64,000 nucleotides of DNA from Prasinococcaceae sp. CCMP 1430 (taxonomy: Eukaryota > Plantae > Prasinodermophyta). Every line of letters starts with the position of its first letter. Within the stretch, counting starts at the first letter, position 1. A program made the position numbers and the translations under genes. The notes under the pieces are model-generated. The model did not search any database, was not told the DNA's origin, and saw only the letters and a program-made list of their open reading frames with translations. Of this stretch, positions 20,603 to 31,039 are shown in pieces. Location of the stretch: assembly GCA_013416795.1 (NCBI GenBank), contig RQSC01001165.1:31555-95554 (forward strand), written 5' to 3'.

Positions 20603-20973
20603 GGCGCGTCCGCAGTGGCCGCAGGTCGCGGGGGGCTTCGCTTGCGAGCCTGTCTGCCTGCAGCACCTTTGGTGGGGGCGCGCCGGCGGCGCCGGGCGCC
20701 GGGCGGCGAGGGGGTCGCCTGACCGACCCGAGAGTGGTGCAGATTTGTGATGCGACTGGTTGCCGCCGTGAATGGGTCCTCCCCCCCGCGCGCCTTCTGC
20801 GGCGCCGCGGCCGCGCTGTGGCTGCGGTGGCGCCGCCCGCCCGCCTCGCCCCCAGCGGCGGCGGCGCGTGGCGCGCGCGCGCGCGCGTGCGAAAACGACG
20901 CCAAATTGCGGAGGGGCGCGCCGAGCGAATTCCGAAACCGCGAAACGCTGCGGCACGGGGCGATCGCGCGGCT

Positions 20974-21200
20974 CTGATGGCGTTTGCAATGCATTGGTGC
21001 GCAATGCATTGGAATCGCCATCAGCGCGCGCGCGCGGCCGCGCGCGGCGCCGCTTTGATACGGTTTTCAATGCATTGGTGCGCCGACGCACTGAAAACGC
21101 CATCAGCGCGCGGTCGCGGCCGCGCGCGGCGCGGCTTTGATACGGTTTTCAATGCATTGTGCGCCAACGCACTGAAAACGCCATCAGCGCGCGGTCGCGC
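20974..21200. repeat. Tandem ~82-bp units, each with an internal hairpin
   Basis: CGCCATCAG at 21016, 21098, 21179; GTTTTCAATGC...GCACTGAAAAC stems at 21063 and 21145. Confidence 0.85.
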
Positions 21201-21796
21201 GCGGGCACGGATGGGACCACAACGCACTGGTCGTTCGCCTCGTTTCGATTCTTGCAGTGTCGATCGCAAACCTCGGGGCGGGCGACGGACGTGTCCCGCG
21301 CGCGTCTCGATGCAGTCCCACAATCTTTGGGAAGCATCGAGCATATCCATGCATTTTCTGCTGGCAAGATAATGGCATCCTTTCACATGGGCTGTACGTA
21401 CACCAGTGACCGTCTCGGGAGGTTACGTCAGTGCTAGATCGAAAACATATCGATTCCAACGCGCCGGTTGCCCTCGGGCGGCCTGCGCAATTTCTGAAAC
21501 GCCGAAAGGCGTCCCCACACCGCCCCAACCCGTTGCCACACACATCCCCCACACCAACGCACGTCCGTGCCACTCGCGTGCGCCGCGTGCGTCGTTCCCG
21601 CCTCTGTCGCGGTACGCCTCTGTCGCGCGCGCGCACACGCGAGCCCATGCGACGATAGTGCGGCCGACCCCATCGAGGCCTGGCGGCAGCTCTCCGCACG
21701 GCGCGATGGGCGCGCGCGCGCGCACGGCGCGCGCGCGCGGCCTTGCACTGTACAAAGAGGTATGGTCTTACTGCAAGAGACATGAGAGATTGTCCT

Positions 21797-23701
21797 CTAC
21801 TCGCACGCGAGCTTCGAGTCGAAGCTGGTGAGGCAGATTGCGAAGGCCTGCAGCGCGCTGCACGGCCACTGGTAGTCCATGGTGAAGGTGTCCTCGCCGG
21901 TCTTGCCGAACTGCACGATGATGTGCTCCTGGTCGGCGTCCGACACCAGCTGGAAGTTTTTGACGCTCGCCTTCGACACGCGGCCGTTGAAGTTGAGGCA
22001 CCACGCGTTCTCCTTCTCGTTCCACTTGGGCGCCTGCGCGAGGGCGCGGCGCGCGCGCAGCGGCGTCGCGTCAGGATCGCATCGCGCACGCCGGCGCCGC
22101 CGCGCACGCCTCCGCGCGCGCCTGCGAGCGCACCTTGTTGGTCATGACTATCATGTTGTTCTCGTCGTTGCGTTCCATGGCCTCGACGAGCGAGCCCTTG
22201 CCCTTGGTGTCGGGTTTGAATATCGCGCGGCGTCCCGCCTGGTCCACGCTCGGGATCGCCACCGTCATCTTGCGCGGTCCGCGCATGCCCAGTACGTTGT
22301 GCTGGTAGTTCACCACGCCGAGCTCCTGCCGCGCGCCGAACTGAGACACGTTCAGGCTCTCGTCGGCCTTCTTGGGGTTGGCGCCCTTGTCGTAGCACAC
22401 GAACTGCGTGCCGAGGAAGTTGCCGCGCACCTTGCCGAAGTAGTTGCCGCTGTCGCGCGCCTGGTCGTCCTCGTCGAGCGAGATCATGTAGTTCGCGCCG
22501 CCCTTCTTCTTGCGCTTGCGCCCGCTCAGGAGGAAGGTGAACTCGGTGCGCCCTCCCGCGCCGCCCTGCGGCTCGAGGTAGAGCGAATAGCTCGGATGCG
22601 ACTTGCTGCCCCTGTCCGTGCGCATGCGCCTGATCGTGCACTGCACCGGGCCGTCCATCGGCCCGGGCTGCAGGAGGAAGTGCCGGATGTCGCTCAGGTC
22701 GAGGTTGGCCGCAGGCGGGCGCTTCCTCTCACGCGTGCCGGCTGACGCGGCGCCCACCTCCGCCCCGTCTGCCTCCTGGCCGCCCGCCACGCCTCCCGCC
22801 GCGGCCGTCGACGGGTCGTACACCGGCGCCATGCCCTGCTGCAGCATCTCCGCCTGCACCTCGCGCGCGCGCGAGCCCGGCGCGCTCGCCGCGGGCGCGG
22901 CGGCGGCGGCGGCGGCGTCGAAGGTCTCGAGGGCATCGCCGCCCCTCATGCTGGCGGCGCGGTCGCGCACGAACGCGCCCATCTCGCCACCAGCGCCCGC
23001 GCCGATGGATGTCGCGGCAAACGCGCTCGTGGTCCCCGTGATCGCCGACGGGGCCGCGGCGCCCGGCGAGTTGGCGGCGCGCCAGCCCCCGCCGCTCGAT
23101 GGCCGCTCCAGGCTCATCCCTCCCATGGCGCTCGAGACGGCCCCGATGGTCGGCGCGCCCATCGAGCCGCCGATGGCGGGGGGGCCGACGCCCATCGCCG
23201 CCGGGAGCGGGCTGCCCGCGGCGCCTCCGGGGCGCGTCGGCCGCTGCGCGGCACTCACCCCGCCCATGGTGCGCGCCTGCCGGCGGCGCTCCTGGAGGGC
23301 CTTCTGCTGCTGCAGCCTGTCGATCGCCTCGGACCGGGCCCCGGGCGCCGGAGGAGGCGGCCGCGCGCGCGCATCCTCGTTGCCGAAGGGATCTGTGTGG
23401 TACGTTGCGGACAACGAGGATGGTGTGGGCTGGAGGGAGGGGGGGAGAGCGGGGAGCCGCGCGGAGGCGCGGCGAGTTGGACCGAGGGTCAGCGCCCGGT
23501 CGGCCGCAGGGGCCACGCGCGCCCAGCCGGCGCAGCGCGCGCGCGCGCGAGGGCGCGCTAGCTCACCGTACGCCCACGCGCCGAGGTGGGTCGCGGCCCT
23601 GATGACCACGGCCGCGAGCTGCCAGGCGGCGCGGGCGCCATGGCCCCGTTGGACGCCTGCACCCACGTCTGACCGCCCGAGCCGATTCCTGGGCTTCCCA
23701 T
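21797..23701 (-). CDS. TULP: Tubby-like protein; exons ~23701-23567, 23429-22134, 22033-21797 (first exon tentative)
   Basis: [41 protein letters not shown]...[22 protein letters not shown]...[21 protein letters not shown]. Confidence 0.95.
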
Positions 23702-23907
23702 CGGCGGATGCGGGCGGTAGGGCGGATGCGGCGCGGTCCGCGCGCCTGCGGGCGGCGCGCTGCTTTCATCGTCGTTCCTGCGGTCGCATCGTCGCCGTCG
23801 GCACCGTCGTGGGCGTCAGCAGCATAGCGCGAGACGGCACCGCGACGCGCGAGGCGCGCGAGCGCGAGCAGCGGCGGCATCGATGGCGCCGGCGCTCGCC
23901 CGGCCGC

Positions 23908-24532
23908 NNNNNNNNNNNNNNNNNNNNNNNNNNNNNNNNNNNNNNNNNNNNNNNNNNNNNNNNNNNNNNNNNNNNNNNNNNNNNNNNNNNNNNNNNNNNN
24001 NNNNNNNNNNNNNNNNNNNNNNNNNNNNNNNNNNNNNNNNNNNNNNNNNNNNNNNNNNNNNNNNNNNNNNNNNNNNNNNNNNNNNNNNNNNNNNNNNNNN
24101 NNNNNNNNNNNNNNNNNNNNNNNNNNNNNNNNNNNNNNNNNNNNNNNNNNNNNNNNNNNNNNNNNNNNNNNNNNNNNNNNNNNNNNNNNNNNNNNNNNNN
24201 NNNNNNNNNNNNNNNNNNNNNNNNNNNNNNNNNNNNNNNNNNNNNNNNNNNNNNNNNNNNNNNNNNNNNNNNNNNNNNNNNNNNNNNNNNNNNNNNNNNN
24301 NNNNNNNNNNNNNNNNNNNNNNNNNNNNNNNNNNNNNNNNNNNNNNNNNNNNNNNNNNNNNNNNNNNNNNNNNNNNNNNNNNNNNNNNNNNNNNNNNNNN
24401 NNNNNNNNNNNNNNNNNNNNNNNNNNNNNNNNNNNNNNNNNNNNNNNNNNNNNNNNNNNNNNNNNNNNNNNNNNNNNNNNNNNNNNNNNNNNNNNNNNNN
24501 NNNNNNNNNNNNNNNNNNNNNNNNNNNNNNNN
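23908..24532. other. Assembly gap (N run)
   Basis: N run. Confidence 1.
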
Positions 24533-24766
24533 GGGCCGCGCGGCGCGTGCGGCCCCCGTCGCCGCGTGCCGCGGCAGGCGGGCGCTGCGGCCGGCATTTT
24601 CATTCTCCATAAACCCTACCACAATTATACCCTAATAATTGCCATGCGCTGACGAACCCGTATCCTCGGGGGCGGATCGCGCGCCAGTGGAGGCCGCGGC
24701 CTCCACTGGAGCGGTGGCGGCGCGCGCCGACGACGAGGAGGCTGGGTGTGGAGGCGAAGGCGGGCT

Positions 24767-25662
24767 TTACTTCTTGACGGGCGCCCGCTCGCGCCAGTAG
24801 TCGACGCTGGCGCGGTACTTCTCGCGCTCGAGCGGCACGCCCGAGCCGCCCTCCTCCTTGCCGAGCGCGTTGCGCATCATTGTGATGGGCTCCATGGGCG
24901 TCTCGTACGGCTCATCCTGGCTCTTGACGGAGATGATGCCCCACGGCGCGGCGGGCAGCGACGCCGCGTCGAACTCTCCCCGCGACGAGTTCTCGGCGAT
25001 GATCTGCGCGCGAGAAAGAACAACACGGCGGGGCCAAGGATGCGCAGAGAGCGCGCGCGAGAGAGAGCGCATTGCGAGAGCGCGGGCGTGGAGGCGCACG
25101 CACGCTCGAGTCAGCCGCGGACGCGCCCGCCGCGGCGCCGATCGTCGCACGCGCGGGACGGGCGCACCTGCTCGCGCGAGTACAGGATGATATCCAGCCA
25201 CTTGGCCTCGGGCAGCGCGCCCACCTCCGACTCGTCGAACCAGCGACACAGCACAGCCAGCTCGTAGTCCGTGCGCGCTTCGTAGCCGTGGCGCACGAGC
25301 GCGCGGTTCGCGTCGGTGATCGGCAGGCTGCCGACCTTGGCGCCCACAAAGTTGGGCACGAAGATGTGCTTGCAGAAGGGCGCGTAGCCGTCGGCGAGCT
25401 CCGCGCCCGCATCGCGCGCCGCCTGCACGCGCGCCACGAAGTCCGCCTTGTCGTGCGATATGCGCGAGCCCTTGTAGTCGGCGTCGTCCCACTGCCGCAG
25501 CGCGAACGTGTCGAGGAAGAAGTCCTTCGACGAGATGAGCCCCCCCCCTGCCGCCGCCGCCATCGCGCGCGCGGGCCGCGGGCGCGCGACCCGCACCGCC
25601 CGAGCCGCAGCCCGCGCGCCCGAGAGTGCCGCCGCCGACCGCGCCGCCGCCACCACGCGCAT
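24767..25662 (-). CDS. DUF3228-family protein with Ala/Arg-rich N-terminal presequence; exons 25662-25168, 25003-24767
   Basis: LADGYAPFCKHIFVPNF, YEART..ELAVL.RWF, WLDIILYSREQI, WGIISVK.Q...ETPMEPITMMRNALGKEEGGSGVPL. Confidence 0.9.
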
Positions 25663-25685
25663 GGTGTGACGAGGGGGGGGGGGGG

Positions 25686-26107
25686 NNNNNNNNNNNNNNN
25701 NNNNNNNNNNNNNNNNNNNNNNNNNNNNNNNNNNNNNNNNNNNNNNNNNNNNNNNNNNNNNNNNNNNNNNNNNNNNNNNNNNNNNNNNNNNNNNNNNNNN
25801 NNNNNNNNNNNNNNNNNNNNNNNNNNNNNNNNNNNNNNNNNNNNNNNNNNNNNNNNNNNNNNNNNNNNNNNNNNNNNNNNNNNNNNNNNNNNNNNNNNNN
25901 NNNNNNNNNNNNNNNNNNNNNNNNNNNNNNNNNNNNNNNNNNNNNNNNNNNNNNNNNNNNNNNNNNNNNNNNNNNNNNNNNNNNNNNNNNNNNNNNNNNN
26001 NNNNNNNNNNNNNNNNNNNNNNNNNNNNNNNNNNNNNNNNNNNNNNNNNNNNNNNNNNNNNNNNNNNNNNNNNNNNNNNNNNNNNNNNNNNNNNNNNNNN
26101 NNNNNNN
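25686..26107. other. Assembly gap (N run)
   Basis: N run. Confidence 1.
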
Positions 26108-26744
26108 GCGCCTTCGGTGCGCCTGCGCAGGCGGGCGCGGCGAGCGAGGGCGCGGGGAAGAGGCGCAGCCCGGAGCGCCGCGCCGCGCCGCGAAAAGCTC
26201 GGCGCGGCGGGAGGGAGAAAGTGGGACGGAAAGAGCAGGGGGGGCATAGGGGGGGAGGGGGAAGGCTCTGCGCGCCGCGGGATCGGCGCATTGTTTATGC
26301 AAGGAAGGCCTCGTCGACCCGCACGTGTTGGCCGCGCGCCGCGCCGCACCGCCGCACCGCCACCTCGCCTCGTGCGCGCCGCGTGCTTGTGCTTGTGCTG
26401 ACGCGCGCCCTCGCCCGCCTGCCCGCACGTGTTGGCCGCGCGCGCCCTCAGCGGATGGTGCGGGGTTCTCGTTCGCCCCGGCGTGGAAGACGCAGGGGTC
26501 GCTTGGGCAGGGCGCCAAGCCCGCCAGTGCGCCAAAGGTGCGCCCGCACTGCGCACCGCGCCGACGCCTCGCTGCGGCGCGGGCCGGCGCTATAGGCTGG
26601 GCGCCGCCAGCTGCCGCGCTGCGCTGACGTTGCCGCGCGGCGCACGGTGTGCCACACTGCGTCCGCGACTTCCCGCGCTGTCGCGCGCCGCCCGCTCTCG
26701 CGTGCCACGGCGCTGCAAAGGGCGATTCCAGCGACGGAGCGTCG

Positions 26745-28993
26745 ATGATTCCCGGGCCGACGGCCCTGATCGATGGCGCGCCTCCGCCGTCGCGGCAGAG
26801 CGCGGGCGGCCGGAGTGGCGACGCGCGCTCCGGCGGCGGGTGGCAGAAGGGCTCGGCAGGCGGGTGGAGCACCAGCAGCAGCAGCGGGAAGGACATCCCC
26901 AGGTCGAAGAGCTGGCGCGGGCAGGAGCGCGGCGCGCCCGGGGGCATTTCGCGCGAGTGGAGCGAGGACGATCGCGAGCCACTGGGTGGGCCGCGCATGA
27001 GCTCGGACCGCTGGAAGGGCTACGAGCGCGGCGAGCGCGGCGAGCGCGGCGAGCGCGGCCAGCGCGGCCAGCGCGGAGCGCCGCCCGGCTGGGACGCCGG
27101 CCATCGTAGCGACAGCGCTGGCTCGCGCTGGGGTGGTCGGCGCGACTCGCGCGATTCCTCAGCGCGGAACCGCTGGGAGGGGAGCACTGGCCGCTCGCCC
27201 CCAGGCATGGGAGTGGGGGGCGCGATCGCACCCGAGGAGGAGGGCTGGGAGAAGGCGGGAGGCGCGAAGAAGGGGGGTGGCATGGGCAAGATGCCCGGCA
27301 TGGGCCGCAGCCCTCCGGGCGGCGTGAGTGGCCCGCTCGCCGGCTCGACGGCGCGGGCGCCGAGCGGCTCGTGGCGCTCGGGCGGCGCGAGCCGCCCGGC
27401 ATGCCGCCGAGCGCGTCCGGCCACTCGGCGTCGCAGGGTTTCGGCGCCGGGCGCGGGCGCGGAGGCGTGCTGGGCGCGCCGCGGAACCCGCCAGCGCCGG
27501 GTGAGCGCCCGACGGGCTTCTTCGAGCGCTACTCGGTGGCCGGCCCGGCCATGCAGGGCGACCGCGGCGCCTCCGCCGCCTTCCTCCCCGGCGTGAAGCG
27601 ATACTCACGGCAGGCGATGCTGGCGGTGTACAGGAGCATAAAGAAGGATGGGCGCCTTCAACCGGCGCTGGCCGAGGACATCCCGGGCCTCACTACGCGA
27701 GATCCCAAGCCCCCGCTCGCCGAAATGGCCACGGACGCGGCAGAAGAGGCCGCCCTCGAGGCGGGCCTGCGTGGGACGGCCATCCCGGGCCACCGGTCGG
27801 GCCGGAGGTATTCGTCTGCCGACGTCACGGGCGACGTGCGTGGCGAAGCCACGATCATGTCGCGGCTCACTTCGAAGCTCACCGACACCCCCGAGGAGGA
27901 GGCCACTCCCGACGAAGCCCTCGACGACAGCATCGAGCCGGGGCGCGGCGACCAAAAGGGCCAAGCGCCGGGCGGTGGCGACGAGCCGCCGGCGACGTGG
28001 CTGGCCGAAAAGTTCGGCGCGATGGGGATGGGCATGGGCATGAGCATGCTCGGTGTCGCTGAGGCCCCTTCGGGCAACTCAGCGGCGCTTGACGGCGCGC
28101 TCGAGGAGGGAGGGGGCGGCTTGGACGACGCGCGCTTCGAGGACGCGCAGGACACGGTGCTGCTCGGCGGACCGAGGGGCACGCCGTCGCAGGGAATGCC
28201 AGCGCGCGAGGAGCAGCCGCGGCAGCCAGAGCAGAGTGCCTTCAGCTTCGCTCAGTCGACGCCCGACGCTGTGCCCGGGCAGCCTGCGCCGCAACAGCCC
28301 GCGCCGCAGTCTCTCCCGCCCGAGCAACAGCGCCAGGAGTGGCTGTACCGTGACCCTGCCGGCAACGTGCAGGGGCCCTTCACCTCGGCGGACATCCTCG
28401 AATGGACGAACGCGGGCTTCTTCGGCATGGACCTGCAGGTCCAGCATATCTCGGCGCCGCAGGGAGCGCCATTCGTTCCGCTCGGCGCCATGATCGAGGA
28501 TATCATCGCGGCCACGCGCGCTCCGCCGCCGGCGCCGCCGGCGCCGCAGCCCAACGCCGGCACGCATGGCGGGCTTGGTGGCATCCTCGGCGCCCTGGGT
28601 GACGTCCCCAACGACTTCATGGGAGACATGGCCCGGCAGAATTCGCAGCAGGGTCAGCAACCGCAGCAAAGCACGTTCGACTTCGCGTCTTCTCAGCCCA
28701 TGCAGCAGCAGCAGCAGCAGCCGATGCTTCCTGACGAGCTCCCGCCGTTCAGCCAAGCTTTCGGGCAGGCGCCGCTGCCTCCGCGCGCCTCGTTCGAGGC
28801 TTCGCCACCTGACATGGGCGGCCTGGGTATGCTCCAAGGCCTGGCAAACTCGACCGGGCCGATGCCGGCAATGCCACCGATGCCGACCGGGATGCAGTCT
28901 CTCGCGGAGTTGGAGGCGCAACAGATGGCGTACCACCCCGCCCAAGGGCAGGACGCTTCGCGGCAGCAGCAGCAGCAGCAGCCGCAGCCTATG

Positions 28994-29024
<31 letters not shown>

Positions 29025-29980
29025 AGCAGCAGCAGGGCACCAACATCATGGCGATGTTCAGCAGCAATGGGCACGCGCAGCAGCTGCCCGCCTCGCCGCC
29101 ATCAAGCACGATGGCAATGCCGCCCATGCCTGCGATGCCGGGTGGCGCGCGCTCGCTCGCGGAGCTCGAGGCGTTGCAGATGGGCGCTCAAACATCATCG
29201 TCGGGCCCGGTGGCCCCCTCAGTGGCAGCCATGTTTGGCCAGCAGCAGCAGCAGGAGGAGGAGGCGCAGCGGGCGCAAGTGGTAGCGGCGCCCGCCGATG
29301 ATGGAGGCTTCGTTGACCCAGCGCTTTCCAAGCGCGAGCGCAAGAAACGCGCCAAGGAGGCGGCTAGGGAGGCCGCTGCCAAGGCACAGCAGCCCGTCAA
29401 CGAGCACCAGGCAATGGGGCATCCCATGCCACCCGCATCGAGGGCGGAGGAGCAGGCTCGCCTCGCGCCCGCATCGCTGGCGGACTTCATGGGGGGTGGC
29501 ATGCAGCAGCCGCCTCCGCCGCAGCACGAGGGATTGCATCCGCATCCTGCATCGCCACCTCCACCGCGCTCGTGGGGAGCAGCGCCTGCGGCACCGACGG
29601 AGGTCGGTGATGGCAGGACGTTGCGTGACATCCAGGCGGAGCAGGAGCGCGCGCAGGCCGCGTCCGCGGCGGCCAATCGCGCCGCGGCAGCCGTGGCGGC
29701 AGCGCAGACGGGGCCGCCCCCAGGGCCCAACGGCGCCGCGTGGGCGCCGCCAAGACCTCCGGCCAAGTCTCTCAAGGAGATTCAGGAAGAAGAGGCACGC
29801 CACGCCGCCGCCGTTGCGGCCGCACAGCCGGCGCCCGCAGGGCCCCCGCGCACTGCCGCAGAGGCGCTCGCCGGCCCGCACGGCAACCTCGGCGGCGCGC
29901 CGTGGGGCGCGCGCCCCGCGCCCGTGGCACCCGCGCCGGCGGCAGCAGCCGATGGCGATGGGCTTTGGGACTATGGCGGC

Positions 29981-30014
<34 letters not shown>

Positions 30015-30532
30015 TTCAGCAGCAGCAGCAGCAGCCGATGCAGTCACAAGGCGGCGGCGGTGGTGGATGGGCCACGGTCGCTTCATCGGGCTCGCGCGCG
30101 CGTCAGCACGCGGCGGCAGCGCCCATGCAGCAGGGGCGCGCTGGAGGCATGAATGCCGCGCAGCGTATGGCCGCGTCGGGCGCGCAGTCTGCGCCCCACG
30201 GTGCGTCGCCCGGCAAGAAACCAAAGGTGACTTTCCAGTCGTGGTGCGCGGAGCAGATGCTGGCCATCACTGGCAGCGACGACATCACGCTGCTCGAGTT
30301 CTGTGCAACGCTCGCCTCGCCCGCCGAGGTCAACGAGTATCTGCAAACCTATCTCGGCTCAACCGCCGAGGTGTCGGCCTTCACCCGCGAGTTCCTCAAA
30401 CGCCGACCCAGCAACAGTTCCTCAAACGAAGGCACTGGAAAGAAGAAGAAAAAGAAGGGAAAGGGGCTCGACAGCTCTATGCTGGGCTTCTCAAGCGGGC
30501 TCGACACCAGCAACATGGAGGTCCCGCAGTAG
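26745..30532 (+). CDS. GYF-domain protein (GIGYF/EXA1-like); probable 1-nt frameshift near 27388; start uncertain
   Basis: WLYRDPAGNVQGPF...EW...GFF; polyQ; TLRDIQAEQE and SLKEIQEEE motifs; C-terminal FQSWC...DITLLEFC...KKKKKKGK...MLGF. Confidence 0.88.
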
Positions 30533-31039
30533 GGAGGGCAGGCCTGCGTGAACAGTTGCGCACCGCCTCGCTGTCACCCCGACGCGTACGAACGCAGCAC
30601 CGCCTTGCGCGCGCGCACGGAGCTGTGTTTGTAAAATCGGGAACGGAAGTGGCGGTGCTACGCAGCCGTGCGTCGCTTCGTTGCCCCGCGCCGCCGCCGC
30701 GTGCGCCTCGCCGAGGGGTGCGCCCCCCCGCTGGCGCTAGCTGGCAGGTGCCCGCGTCGCACGCGCTGCTCCGTTGCCTCCGCCCCCCTTGCCGCAGGCA
30801 CGTCCGCGCACGGGGAAGGTTCGGTGGAGCGTGCCATCATGGTACACTGTACAGTAGGTGCTAGGGCTTACAGCGGGTGGATGAAGTTAAGGGGTTTGAA
30901 CCGACAGGGTTATGAATGTACATCAAAAAGCATGTGCACGCCACCGGGGGCGCACACGTGCGCGCCCGCGAGCGGGGGCCCGCCGCGCGCGGAGCCGCAG
31001 GTGCGGGGACCGGTGGTGGGCGGTGCTCCTACCTCGGCG

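Noticed and set aside
20974-21200. CRISPR-like array
   Set aside because: Units are near-identical over their full length with no unique spacers, there are no cas genes, and the context is eukaryotic
20974-21512. Hammerhead ribozyme
   Set aside because: CTGATGG and CTGAAAC...GAAA do not give the CUGANGA...GAAA core with the required stems
27380-27395. Programmed frameshift in the GYF gene
   Set aside because: Restoring a single C in a GC run joins the frames; sequencing error is more parsimonious
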